Shown here: positions 13,338-27,697 of the stretch, piece by piece
Position numbering within the stretch: position 1 is the stretch's first letter
Layout: each line of letters begins with the position of its first letter
Source of the DNA: Octopus sinensis
Taxonomy: Eukaryota
Assembly: GCF_006345805.1 (NCBI RefSeq)
Contig: NC_042998.1
Span: 115,754,001-115,818,000, forward strand
DNA: 64,000 nucleotides
Reading direction: 5' to 3'
The notes under the pieces: generated by a model
What the model saw: only the letters and a program-made list of their open reading frames with translations
What the model was told of the DNA's origin: nothing
Databases searched by the model: none
Translations under genes and position numbers: made by a program

Positions 13338-13670
13338 AAGGCACAGACGTGGCTGTATGGTTAAGAAGCTCGCTTCCCAAGCACGTGATCTTGATTTCAA
13401 TCCAACTGTGTGGCATTTTGCGCAAGTGACTTCTATAGCCCTGGCCCGACCAAAGCCTTGTGAGTGGATTTGGTAGACGGAAACTGAAAGAAGCTCGTCG
13501 TTTATATATATATACACACACGCTTACTCACACGTCTTTATGTGTGTGTGTGGTTGTTTGTCCCTCACGATCGCTTGACAACCGGTGTCGACTTATATGA
13601 CTAAAGTGCTGAGGTGGTGCTCCAGCATGACCGTAGTTCAATGACTGAAACAAGTAAGAGATAAAAGTAA
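13338..13670 (+). mobile_element. SINE family B (tRNA head, CORE-like domain, internal microsatellite, 3' tail)
   Basis: gtggctgtatggttaagaagctcgcttcccaa..gaccaaagccttgtgagtggatttggtagacggaaactgaaagaagc..(TA/CA)..ggtgctccagcatgaccgtagttcaatgactgaaacaagtaa. Confidence 0.85.
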
Positions 13671-14139
13671 AGCATGTCTTCACTTACAAGCACATATTCT
13701 ACCATCTCTGGTCTCAGTGCCTACAACGCATGTTTTACGGAATCACATACACGCATATACCCACCCATACTTGCAGAACTCCCTTCAAAAGCTTTGTACA
13801 ATAACTGGCTAATGCTACAACACAACTTACACAACACAAATTGTACACCATCAGTCCATGCCAAATGTAACATTATAACACAACTCACTGTAGAATTTTT
13901 AGGGAAACACTGAGGTAATCAATAAATCAATAAAACCGTCAATCAATAAAATTATCAGCAAAGGTAACAAAACAGGTGGCATCTAATTTGTTTGATAATT
14001 GGACGTGTCAGATGGGAAAAGGTGCGGAGTGATAATGTTAGAAGTGAATAAAATATATGCAACTTTACAGGAATAATATTGGGAAAAATAACAGAGAATA
14101 TATATATATATATATATGCTTCGGTTTTACATTTTTATG

Positions 14140-14380
14140 TTTTATTTCAGATCTCCTTTTAGAGGTTTCGGTCGTTGGATTACGGCCATATTGGAGAAAA
14201 GTATCAAGGGATTTAGTCGATAAATATTATCGATATTACAACTTATTTCAGTCTTCTATTTATACTATCAATCACAATTTTATCGAATTGCTATGTTACG
14301 TAATAATTTCACACACAAGTGAACATAAGAAACATATATACAAATACATAATTTATTTATATGTATGTATTAATATATAT

Positions 14381-14421
<41 letters not shown>

Positions 14422-14498
14422 TATATATATATCATATATATATATATATATATATCATATATATATATATCATATATATATATATATATATATATATC

Positions 14499-14555
<57 letters not shown>

Positions 14556-14573
14556 TATATATACATGTATATA

Positions 14574-14630
<57 letters not shown>

Positions 14631-14885
14631 GATAGATAGATAGATATTTATATATATATATACATGGATATAAGCATTTGTATACCTATATATAAACATG
14701 CAAGAACACGCAGGCATGCGTGTGCACACACATACACACTGATACACACTCATGGACATCTGTCATAGTCTATTCACAAGGTCAAACGAGGCTGCAAATA
14801 CTAGGAAACGTTTCTCCAAGTTGCAGTGCTGGAAATCGAACGAAGGACTGCGCGGGTGGAAAGCAAGCTATTAATGTACAATACC
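14140..14885 (-). mobile_element. Degenerate SINE family B split by a long (TA)n
   Basis: Tail-like segment at 14140-14320 and head-like segment at 14760-14885 (tattcacaaggtc..ggaaagcaagctatta). Confidence 0.45.
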
Positions 14886-15258
14886 ATGTACTGCAATGTA
14901 CTAACCATTCTTAGTGCATGGAAACAAAGTGGTAGTCTTCATGATGAAATATAGGCGCCGTTCCTTCCACGATTAAAATACTCGTAAAAAAAACATTTCG
15001 TGAGATTAAAGAGTTGAATGTTTTATGAAGAAAAATAAAATTCCTACGCTAAGATTTTCCTGTAATTTTTATATTTGATGTTAATTTTTTTCCTCTTTGG
15101 CTCCAACCTCCGATATTCGTTTTTTGTTTTGCTCTACTATTATTTACATCCCTGCAACCAGGCAGGTGGCCGGCATGAAAAAAATACCATGAAGGAAAAA
15201 GGTAACATACACGCACGTTTTCACAGTGTATGTACATATGTGTATAAGCATTTACATT

Positions 15259-15335
<77 letters not shown>

Positions 15336-15531
15336 CTATATATATATATGAATGTATGCACATACACACACGCACACACACATGTATGCTCATGCTCATA
15401 TACACGACATACGCACATACATATGCAAATGTTAAATGTAATACATATGTGTATGTTTCCACTCTGTATGTACATATGAATGTATTAATATGTGTATATA
15501 CATTTACATTATATATGTAATTATATATATA

Positions 15532-15571
<40 letters not shown>

Positions 15572-16039
15572 TATATATATATGAATGTATGCATATACAC
15601 ACACGCACACACACATACATGTATACTCACGCTCATATACACGACATACGCACATACATATGCAAATGTAAAATGTACATACATGTATGAATAACACGCA
15701 TGCCAATACTAAATAATCGCCATCAGAATCACCATCACCAGTGTCTTCCCCAACACGCTTCAACAACAACAGCTACATGCTGTAATCGATATACAATCAA
15801 TATCGTTTACACGGCAAAACAAGTCGCATTGGGTTCGTTTCAGAAGAATATATTATAGAAGTTGAGAAATAAATTTAAGAGAAAATGCTTCAAAGTATGA
15901 TAACAGACTAAAGTGGAGTGGTGGGAGGAGGAGGAATATAAAGAGGAGTGGTATATTTGTAAAAATGACTTGTTTATTGAATTTCGTTAGAATTATGTAA
16001 ACTTTACCAAATTTATTTCTAATTCTCAAAGGTACTTAC

Positions 16040-16067
16040 AGCTGAATGATATTTTAGACTTTATTAT
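16040..16067 (-). CDS. Candidate 28-nt microexon (phase 0-1): IIKSKISFS
   Basis: attatattttcag|ATAATAAAGTCTAAAATATCATTCAGCT|gtaagt. Only the phase-0 frame is free of stops. Confidence 0.4.
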
Positions 16068-16145
16068 CTGAAAATATAATCTTATTTTTAGGACTTAAAT
16101 TAAAAATTGCAAATCGATTTATCAATTTATTGCCATGTATTTTTC

Positions 16146-16180
<35 letters not shown>

Positions 16181-16205
16181 TATTATTATTATTATTATTA
16201 TTATT

Positions 16206-16249
<44 letters not shown>

Positions 16250-16282
16250 TATTATTATTATTATCATTATTATTATTATTAC

Positions 16283-16313
<31 letters not shown>

Positions 16314-16478
16314 GAAGAAATTAATTTAGTATAGGTTCGTGTGTAGAAATAGGTGCACGCATTTGGAAAATGCACCAACACAGATAGACACTCAGAACAA
16401 ATGTAAATATACATTCACATGCAAACACACCCCTAGACGCGCACATACATATATATGTCTGTGTATGTATATATATAT

Positions 16479-16525
<47 letters not shown>

Positions 16526-17029
16526 ATATATGTGTGTGGTGTGTGTGTGTGTGTGTGTGTGGTGTGTGTGTGTGTGTGTGTGTACACCTGCGTCTGTGTG
16601 TGTGTGTGACTTTTGTCTTTATTTGGAGATGGTTTTCATGTGAAATCATTGTTGAAACCTTTTTTGTATCATGAGGTATTCTGCCAATCAGAACACACGC
16701 ATGTATCTTTATTTTTATACTTTAGTTTATTAGTAATCATTTTCATAATTAGTCAAGCAATTAGCAAATTGATTATTTATTATTAAATGAACTACAAAAC
16801 TTGACTGGTAGGATAAAATACGGGTAAATTTTTTTCATCTATTTTGTCTGTTAATGTTCATTTCAAAGCTCAGTCGAAACGTAGAGATCAAAATTAAGTT
16901 ACGTATTCCAAATTTTAGATGCTATTTCGATATCTTTACAAACTAATGATACAACACAAAGATTATTATACATATAATGCTAGTAGATTTAGATCAAATG
17001 ACAAAAGGGTAAACATAGTACGATTTTCC

Positions 17030-17300
17030 TCAAGATAAATGCTTAAGGAAAGTTCTGACATTTTCATACTGCAATCATATCACAAACGAAATTGTAAGAA
17101 AGATATCGTTTGAAAACCTCCACGTTGTAGTATTCTTAGCAACTCAGTCAACGTTATGCAAAAACAACTTTTTGATTACGAGTAGATGAAGAAGACCACA
17201 GGCCTGTTCACATCCAGCTTGAAGTTTATCAAAAGACACTTAGTAAACATAGAACACGCAACTGATAAAGAATATTGGAGGATAATTAGTGCAAGGCGCA
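17030..17300 (+). mobile_element. Decayed LINE (RTE-like) C-terminal remnant
   Basis: DKCLRKVLTFSYCNHITNEIVRK resembles the RCLRRIL.I.W.D.ITNE.VR motif of the RTE thumb/C-terminal region. Confidence 0.45.
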
Positions 17301-18283
17301 AACATGTTTCGGACAGACTAGATAAATAAATTGGAAGTTAGTAAAAACAACTATGCCATGCTGTCCAATGCATTTGCTTATCTCAAGTCTCATTTTCTCT
17401 TTGTTTTTCAGCTCTCTTAAAATAAATCAAGCCTTTACACCATTTACTGATTTATTTGGTAAATAGCCTACAGTAGCTAAATCTCTTTTACACAAAACCA
17501 TTTGAGGATGACTCCATATATTATCCTTGCACGGTTTGAATTCGTGAATGTTTACCAACTTAATAGCCGTCTAGAATGTGAATTTCAGTAGATTTATTAC
17601 TAAATTCAGTCTTTACCACAATCTCAACATCCCAAAACTTAGTGTCTCTATCTATATTAACTTTCAACGATTATTCATTGTATACCCATTATTTTTTTTA
17701 GAGAATATCTTGTTTCCATAATGTTTTATCGTATTTGTATTTCAATACTCATTAGTTCGTTTATATGTTATTTCTATTAAAATATAAACGATATGGTTGT
17801 TTTGCAAGTGGGTGTGGAAATAGCGTTTCGTTACCCTGCAAGTTATGTTTTACTGCTATAAATAGAATTGATGCTAAGTTCTACCCCAGGATATTTTAGA
17901 AGATACTTGTATTATGTAAAACGTGATAGACCCAAACCACGAAACACGAACTCGCAAAGCATGATCTTTCAGAAGATGAAGTCATGCTTGCTTATATGTA
18001 AACATCAGACCATATATTTATATAAAATATATATTTATGTGTCTTTGTACTTAAGTGGGTACATCGACATTTATACATATAATGTAAATATGCATGAATG
18101 ATGCGGGTGCGTGCTCACATATGCACGCACGCATGCACACATGCACGAGTGCATGCATGAGAGGATGGGGCAATCAATTCCTTGAAAAGTTTTCGCAATG
18201 CAACTATTTTCAGTCGAATTTGATGTAGTCCACTCGTATACATACGTTTTAATACTGGAAGGAGTGTATATCAGGCACTAAAT

Positions 18284-18332
<49 letters not shown>

Positions 18333-18334
18333 GC

Positions 18335-18372
<38 letters not shown>

Positions 18373-20861
18373 CTTTATGTAAATATGTAAACTAATAATT
18401 GAATATAAAATGTCTTTAAAGTAAGTTTATGCGTTTCGTCATGTCTTCAACCATTGTGCAGAAACCACTGATGTGTGTTTCTTAAATATACAAGCATAAA
18501 GTTTGATGTAAAATGTGTCATTTTCTTGCATGCAAATATTAAGAAAATAATGTCTTTTTTTGGGGGGGGGGACAGATTAGTCTGTGATAAGTGCGCAATC
18601 TTTAACTTAAAAATATACTCACTAAATACTTTGAACTAATTACATTTTCTAGACAGCCCATTCATATTTGCTAACATATGACTTCATCATTACTAAATTA
18701 TATATATATATTTATGTTAAAAATTATAATAGAGTTGCATCGTCCGTTCCATTACTCGTATAATAACTGTAATATGCAAATATTCTAAAATTTCATTTTA
18801 AAAATATTTCTAAATAATTAGTAGTTAAATTGAACAATTTGCTCTTTAAATATATTTAATATTATTTCCGATAATTTATAGCCTTCTTTTTCTTTCTTCA
18901 TCCTCATTTCCTCATTTTCTTTCAATCTCTTCAATACACGCTGGCATATGAGTCATTTTAAAACAAAATACTACACAGACTATCCGCTTTTATTTCTTTA
19001 ACTTGCCTCACTACTGCTACCCATTTTACCCTCATCTGTGAATCACATATACCAGTCGAACTAAAGTATATTTCACGAGAAAAATGAAGCATTTCAGCTC
19101 ATTAAGAAAGTCACTAAAATGAAATGTAAAATAAGTACAAACATGAAACACAGAATGATGTCATCTTTCTTACCACCTCCTTGATTACCTACGCCAAACG
19201 CTGCCTCCAACATACCAACATCATAATTCAACCAAATGTAAAAGTAACTATAAGAAAACGAACAAATTATACGTCACCAATTTCATCACTAACCCAATAT
19301 GAAAAATGCATTTGTTACAGATTGTAAATAATCACTTTTTGAAAGTTGAAATTTATTAAGAGAATGTCGAGGTTCGGTTTTGTCCTCTGGTAGACATTAA
19401 TTAATTGCACTAAAGTAGCTGTCACATGAATTAAAATCATCAACATTTTTTAGAAAGATAAATTTTAGTCTAAAACAAAAAAAAATAAATTTTCACCGTT
19501 ATCTATCTCATACTAACACAATCGTCCCAACCACTACCACCATAGGAAACATGAATTATTAATCTTCACAATAAAATCTAGGAATAGTTTTACGTAGCAT
19601 TATAATACTATTTGGCTGTTTACTACTTAATTCGAATGTCAGCTAATTTTTCAAGGGTTTTCAAAGACTTTAACAGAGCAATGAATAATGATACATTTTC
19701 ACTAATTTCATAGAAGTTGAAATACTTTGTGTTTAATGGAAAACAACGAACGTGTCTTCTGTAAATTAAGTTCTTAAAGCGAAAATATTATGATAACCAC
19801 ACAAATCAAATTCGAAATCATTGTTGTATTAAATATGTATTTATTTTGAATTTTATCATATATCAATGCGGTATCTTCAGCTAAAATATCATTAAAAAAT
19901 AAACTTGAGCGCAATGATAATGGTGGTGACAGCAACACTGCAAGTGTGTATAACGGCACGCATCCACTATAGCAAAAAAAAAATCTTTAAAGAATTGGTT
20001 GGAATCCGTATATCTCTCCATTAGTTTGTTTCTTTCTTCCTTCTCTCATTCTATTAATCATTATCATCATCGTTATTAATAGCTTCGACGACAATACCAC
20101 CTCCATGATAACTCACAGTCTTTTGCTGTTTCTTACTCCTCTAACGTGACCAAAACTTTGCGTTCAAAGACATAACGATAGACAAATAATGGTCATAACT
20201 GTACAGTTCTTTCAAAATTCTTTATTTTTATGCAACTTCTTTCCCGACCTCATTCCTCAGCATATACCTTAAGCTTCCCTACCTTCTCTCCATTTTCGTT
20301 TTCCTTTTTTCCTCTCAATTTTACTCTTTCAGATGCCTGATTTTCCAGACGCGACCGTTTCGGTTTTTCTACAAATCAATACAAGTACTGCCAAATCCTG
20401 ACAACAAATCTACTCACACTTATTTTCAAATATGTTATTACAAACGAGGCCTAAATCATATATGCATACACGCTCACACACGCACCCATATACATCTGTG
20501 TATACTTGTTAGTATGAGGTAGGTTATGTACATATATGTATGTGAAACTATATATACATACAAACATACCCATACACGTACATATAGACACACACACATA
20601 CATATATAATGCACTCACGTTAATCCACTACTACCTGATGAACCGAAACATCAAACCCAGTTTTTCAGCTTATATTCAGTTTTATATTAATCTAAGTTTC
20701 GTATCAAATATTCGTTCTTTCGTTTATACATTTAATGTATACAGACACAGACGTTCAAAAACACATACCGACACGCAAATATACACGTATATCTGGATTT
20801 AGTGAGTGTGTGTCAGTGTGTCTGTGTGTGCGTGCGTTTGTGCACGCGTATCTGTTCTTGC

Positions 20862-21265
20862 GCACAAGAGAACAATTTTATTATGAGAGTTGAATTGGGA
20901 AATCATAGGATTCTCTATAACGGATGCTGACTAACTTGAATGACTATTGTTGGAAGAAAAGGTAAATAAAAACTGGATAAAAGAGAAAGGTAGAATTTTA
21001 CAGCTTTTTGAAAGATGAATAGGAAAGTGTATTGCTATATAACCAACTATGTAAAAGAAAGAAAAAAATGGTAAAAACTTACAATGAATACTTCAAAAGA
21101 CTGGATATTTAGATTATATATGCTTCTGAATTGATTTAGTTTGGCGTCTGCTCGACTTTACCTGCTTAACTGTGTATGGTATATGTATATTGTTTTGATT
21201 GAACAGTGGTAAATTGTCGGCAGACAATCTGGTGAAAACGTTCTTTATTATTTACATTCAATAGT
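20862..21265 (+). repeat. Unclassified ~400-bp dispersed repeat, copy 1
   Basis: Collinear with 31230-31640 (ttttattatga..gaattgggaaatcata..tcgact.tacct.cttaa..tggtaaattg.cgg.agac..cgttct.tattattt). Confidence 0.75.
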
Positions 21266-21293
21266 ATATGTATATATATTTATGTGTATACGT

Positions 21294-21338
<45 letters not shown>

Positions 21339-21661
21339 ATCTATATATACACCTGATACTTGATTGATATACATACGTACATACACACAGATATATATAT
21401 ATATATATAATTAATTAATTGGATTAACTGGTGCTAGAGTGAGCCATATAGTGACCACTCTCTTATATTTATTTTATATATATATATATAATATATATAT
21501 ATATAATATATATATATATATAATATATATATATATATATACGTACATATAAGCATAAATACATACATCATACATACATATACACATACATATATACATA
21601 TATGTATACATATATACGTACATATATACATACATACATACACACATATTATATATATATA

Positions 21662-21712
<51 letters not shown>

Positions 21713-22169
21713 ATACAAATTACATAAAGATCGAAATATATTATACATCTATGTATATCTATGTGTATAACATACATATTCTACATGTATATATTTGACA
21801 TAATAATGAAAATGATATTTATTACGATATATGTGGGTGTGTAGATATATATATATATATATATATGTGTTTGTGTGTGTGTGTGGATGTTGGTATGTAT
21901 GTGCAAATGAATGATTTTTGTTGATACTTCCTGTCACCGCCCTGGAGCTATGCCGGCCACTAACGTTAACGTTTTATAGTCCGTTATAGCAGAACATATT
22001 TCTTCTGATTGATGTTTTATCAAATAGCTAAGTGACTTTGACACGAAATATTTATATATTATAACCGACAGTATTACGAAAAGCGCATAAACACTTGAAT
22101 ATATATAAAAAACATTACACGTATTGACACACATGCACGCTCAAGCAAGTTGTTCCAATGCCCGTATAC

Positions 22170-22259
<90 letters not shown>

Positions 22260-22480
22260 GATAGATAGATACGTAAACATAGTCAAAATGCGATAAAATA
22301 AATTATTATCGCCGGTGATCTAGCACAAAAGACATTTTAGCCATAGGCCATATGTTATTCATATATAAGTACATTAAAAGGCTTCCAAAAGAAGAAGTGA
22401 GTACTAGATACACAAAAGTTGGATAAATTTAGTGAAATGAAAATTAAAAACGTTTACAAACTCCGTTCATCTTATACTGC

Positions 22481-22684
<204 letters not shown>

Positions 22685-23319
22685 GCATGAACGATTTATT
22701 TATTATTAATATAGAATATGTTTAGATTTAAGTATAACCAACATACGTATACATTGAAGTCTCCAACTAGTTTTGGAGATACTCCGTTATCGAAATATTT
22801 TCGAATTTTAAATTCGAAATGAAATTTGAAATTGTGGAACCTGTAAACGTCTAATATCTAACTTATGTAGTTATTTCATTATCTCCTAGAGAGTGTTATG
22901 TACATCTATAATAGAGAAAAAGAATTTACTCAATAAAACCTCCTAATTTCATTTGTAGTAAAATTATTTATAATTAATGAAGTTCACAGATGCCTTACAA
23001 TGAATTAATTTTACAGTATTCAACTCTAATTCGAGAGTAGCTTCTATTTTAATCTCGAGATCCATAGTAGTCACAACTACATCAAAAACGATTACCATTT
23101 CGTCGCAATATGAAGCGAGAGTATAAGCTTGAAATTGGAATTAACGATTTATAAGGAAAAATATGCATAGCATTCCCATATTTGATGGGTTTTGTTTATT
23201 TGGTAAGAAGCTGTTATTAATACTCGTCATTGGTAATCCTGTAGAGCACTATTTCATCCTTTTGGAAATCGTAAGCATAATATAACTTGTGACTTATGAA
23301 TTAAATATCTGATCATTTA

Positions 23320-23513
23320 TCTTTCATCTTTTACTTGTTTCAGTCATTAGAATGTGGTCATGTTGGGCTATGCTTTGAAATGTTTAGATGAGTAAATCGT
23401 CCCCAGTATTTGCCCCTAATATTAACACTGATTCTATCAATTTCTCTGCTGAACCGCTAAGTTACATGATGTTAACAATCTCATACATAATACATACATA
23501 GAAACAAACAGAT

Positions 23514-23581
<68 letters not shown>

Positions 23582-23770
23582 TGCATATACACAGATATAA
23601 ACATATTTTCATTCACATAACGTGGGCTTCCACAGAGTTCTGTCCACCAAATTCACTAGCAAAACATTGGTGGACACAGGGATATAGTAGAAATACACTT
23701 TCGAGGGTGTCACGTAGTAGGACTGAACCCGGAATCATATAATTTCAGAGTAAGCTCCCTAAACACACGG
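23320..23770 (-). mobile_element. SINE family B split by (TA)n
   Basis: Tail ttttacttgtttcagtcatt..gctgaaccgctaagttac and head ccaccaaattcact..gggactgaacccggaatcat. Confidence 0.7.
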
Positions 23771-24489
23771 GCAATCCAATACAATACATAGATTTACAGA
23801 TCCATACACAAACTCAAACACAGACACACACATATACATTGTTTACCGTAAGAACTTAAAAATTTCGAGAGAACGAGAAAGAATTCGTTTTTAACGGTTA
23901 CTCGAAGTTGATAAAGGTATACATAATAGCATGTAAATATTAGGTTAAAACATCTGTACTTTCAGGTTGTACTGCGATTTAAGATAACTTAACAGCCATA
24001 GATATGAAAAACAATCTTTTGCTATTGGTGCGGAAAAAGCTTGGATAATAGTATGGAGACCATTATGGTTCATGCGATAGCGGTCACCTAACCGACATCC
24101 AGAACGACATACTTTTAGCAAATTGTAAAGTTTATGTTGGCTACGATATACTATAAAGTGAAAGAACAACGAATGACTTCAGAGATATAGAATTACACTT
24201 CGGAGTTACTTGCTAACGGGTTGTTGGACAAACCAAGTGCAACGAACAATTAAATTGTTGGACTGCATAACCCAGGAAGAAATGAAGCTCCATAGTAAGA
24301 CGCAACACAAGATTTTGTAACATTTGAAGAAGGTCGGATTACGAATGACGACAGTGGTAATAAGTTCGTTAGAGCATAGGAAATGAAAGTTACAAGGAGC
24401 AGTCAGTTGAGAAGAAAGGCGCAAAAATGAAAATGCGAAGGAAAATATTCAGGATTCTGGTGCATCGGTTTAGGGTAAAAGTACAAAAC

Positions 24490-24797
24490 GTGGGTAAGGC
24501 GCATCCTTTTCAACCAAGTGGTCTTGTGTTCAATTCCACTGCACAAGACATCGGGTGTTTCCTACTATAGCCTCATGAGTGGATAGAGTAAACAGAAACT
24601 GAAATACACCTTGTTGTCGATGTTGAAATTCCAATGAAAGAGCTTTGAATCTAGGTTAGAAACCGCCTCTTTCTCTCTTGGCAATAAATCTCGAAATAAA
24701 ACTGAACAATGTCATTCATGCATAAAAATACATGTATGTATGTATGTATGTATGTATGTATGTATGTATGTATGTATGTATGTATGTATGTATGTAC

Positions 24798-24828
<31 letters not shown>

Positions 24829-25110
24829 TGCATGTATGTATGTATGTACATATGTATGTATGTATGTATGTATGCATGTATGTATTTATATATGTACGTA
24901 TGTATGTATGTATGTATGTATGTATGTATGTAGCTATGTATGAATGTGATTGTCCCCACAACTGCTTGAAAACTGGTGTTGGTTTGTTAAAGTCCGCAGA
25001 ACTTTTTGGTTCGTCAGAAGATAAAAGAAGTACCAGACTTTAAAGATAAGTACTGAATTTCAAGGGGCTACTCCAGCACGGCCATTGTCCAATGACAGAA
25101 ACAAATAAAG
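24490..25110 (+). mobile_element. SINE family B interrupted by a LINE 3' end and (TATG)n
   Basis: Head at 24490-24605 and tail at 24945-25110 (ctccagcacggccattgtccaatgacagaaacaa). Confidence 0.65.
24614..24712 (+). mobile_element. Isolated 3' terminus (~100 bp) of the (TACA)n-associated R4/Dong LINE
   Basis: Ungapped match to 7167-7262 (atgttgaaattcc.atgaa..tcta.gttagaaac..ttctct.ttggcaa..gaaataaaactgaa.aatg). Confidence 0.85.
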
Positions 25111-25438
25111 GAAAAGCTACAAGCTAAAAGATCATCTCTGTTTTTATCAATTGATACTACAGAGTAAACAAATGCGGGCAAGAAGCGATGAATTTTCGAA
25201 CATCCTTAAGGAAAATTCAAAAGTTTTATTAGGTAGTTGATAAAATGGAAGAAAATCTGAAAAGTATGGTGGGAAATTTAGAGTGAACAGAATTCAAGAA
25301 AGATAAAAAAAAGAGTAATTGATATATGAATGAGTGTTTGTGACCTTAATTAGATTGGAAATGAAGACTATTAATGGTGCGAAACTTATCACTGTGTATA
25401 TATATATATATAGTAATATATATATATATATATATATA

Positions 25439-25570
<132 letters not shown>

Positions 25571-25599
25571 GATATATATATATATATATATATATCTAT

Positions 25600-25665
<66 letters not shown>

Positions 25666-25780
25666 ATATAACATATATATATATATATATATATATAGAT
25701 ACATATATATATATATATATATATATATCATATATATATTATATATATAGAGCGAGAAAGAAGCAACAAGAATGGATAGG

Positions 25781-25871
25781 TTTTAGTACGATCGTTCCAT
25801 ACAAGGACAGGTTTTTATATAAAGTTGCAAAGATTACAGCATATAAACGAGTCCCATACTCATCAGCTAAA
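25781..25871 (-). ncRNA. Mirror-image hammerhead motif (core GAAA reads GGAA)
   Basis: Reverse complement: UUUAG-CUGAUGA-GUAUGGGAC..GUCCUUGUAU-GGAA-CGAUCGUA-CUAAAA. Confidence 0.55.
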
Positions 25872-26077
25872 TACATGTAAGTTCTCTAGACATCCTAGTG
25901 TTTGAGCTATACTCATGCAGTAATGTAGATAATTAAACAGATTTCTAAAGTTCATTAAAGTTCTTTAAAGATCTTAAAGAACTTTAATGGAACTTTAGAA
26001 ATCTGTTTAATTATTTCTACATTACTTCATGAGTATAGCCTCAACAAACACTAGGATGTCTAGAGAACTTACATGTA

Positions 26078-26165
26078 TTTTAGCTGATGAGTAGGGACTC
26101 GTTATATGCTGTAATCTTGCAACTTTTAATAAAACCTGTCCTTGTATGAAACGATCGTACTAAAA
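26078..26165 (+). ncRNA. Type I hammerhead ribozyme motif with elongated stem II
   Basis: UUUUAG-CUGAUGA-GUAGGGAC..(~40 nt)..GUCCUUGUAU-GAAA-CGAUCG-UA-CUAAAA. Stem I is UUUUAG/CUAAAA, stem III is the palindromic ACGAUCGU, and predicted GUA cleavage follows 26159. Confidence 0.7.
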
Positions 26166-26382
26166 ACTATCCATTCTTCTTGCTTGTTATCGCTTATAAT
26201 CACCCCAATTACTGCATGTTAAATCAGTATAGTTTTTTTTGGTGCATCTAAGTTAGGTACCATATTCAAGTAATTCTTTTAATTACTGATATCTTTATGT
26301 CTCTTAATTATATAATATATATTATATACATAATACTATATATATATATATATATATATAGTATATATATATATATATATAA

Positions 26383-26422
<40 letters not shown>

Positions 26423-26699
26423 TATATATATATACAACGTGTGCATATAACTATAGATGAGATTTCATAATTTTTTATGCTAAACTTGGTTCTTAAACTT
26501 GTAAGTTCATAAGTTCATTTAGAGAAGTTTTCGCTGCGAATGTCATGTCATGGATATGTGATATGCATGTAAATATGTGTAGTTCTTGAATCCAGCATAA
26601 TTCATGGTAGAATATATATTTAATATATAAGGCAAAACGTGCATATAATCGATGCCGTAAAACTTACGCAGGTTGGAGGGATTTAACAGAATGGATGGG

Positions 26700-27100
26700 T
26701 GCACATGCTTGAAATATCGAAGTGTGAATTGTTTCTTGCCCATGCAAAGGAAGAAAGTTTCCTCTCTAATATTTAAAATGCTCTTTGTTGATGTTATAAA
26801 ATCTAATTTTTCCGTGATACAGAGGTCTCATTTGCAACCCCGTCGCATATATTTGCTGGATTTTGCTATGATGCCGTAACTTATATTTTGTTGTTCACAA
26901 TACTCTCTTTAAGTGTCTATACCATATTGGATAACGATGTTGTGCATCTTTTGGTTTTGTCTCTAAACGAATCCAAATGCTCTTTGAAGGTGTTTCCTCT
27001 CATTCTAATGCCAACTTTTGATGTTCAATTCAAGTCTGTGATGCTGGCTTTGTAAACTAGGCATTTACCCCAGACATCAATTGTCCAGGTCACAGTTATC
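26700..27100 (-). mobile_element. Decayed Penelope-like element, GIY-YIG endonuclease region
   Basis: GKCLVYKASITD..NTFKEHLDSFRDK../TTSLSNMV*TLKE..ISYGIIAKSSKY..CK*DLCITEK..ILNIREE..CMGKKQFTL matches the PLE endonuclease pattern VYKA..FK.R..H..SF..T.LS.Y.W.LK..C.LC..EK..LN.R.E..C.H. Confidence 0.75.
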
Positions 27101-27277
27101 CGGGTATCTACAATTACAGAATCTTTAGGAAGATCTGTGTTAGTATGTGTGTGTGTATCTTTATGGCTTTATACGAGCGTGTATGTTAGTCTATGAGTGT
27201 ACATATAGATACGCATATATATAATATGCATATACATATATATATATATGTGTGTGTGTGTATGAATGTATGTACTG

Positions 27278-27334
<57 letters not shown>

Positions 27335-27392
27335 TGTGTGTGTGTGTGTGTGCGTGTATATACACGAGCATACACACGCACACACATATATA

Positions 27393-27613
27393 TATTCTTT
27401 TATTCTTTTAGTTGTTTCAGTTATGTGACTGCGGCCATGCTAGAATACCACCTTTAGTCGAGCGGATCGGCTCCGGGACTTATTCTTCGTAAGCCTAGTA
27501 CTTATTCTACTGTCTCTTTTGCTGAACCACGTAAATGCACCACTATAGGTTGTCAGGCAATTTTAGGGGACAAACAGACATACAAACGTATTCACACACT
27601 CACATCTATCTAT

Positions 27614-27697
<84 letters not shown>

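Larger units (their letters stand above)
25751..26194. repeat. ~440-bp near-perfect palindrome (no spacer, centre GA|TC at 25971/25972) between (TA)n tracts; probable inverted PLE pseudo-LTR
   Basis: Arms are reverse complements over ~220 bp with scattered small indels. The right side continues ~115 bp of unique sequence before (TA)n. Confidence 0.9.

Noticed and set aside
20632-20652. CTGATGA-ACC-GAAAC
   Set aside because: Both core halves are present, but there is no stem II and no stem I partner.
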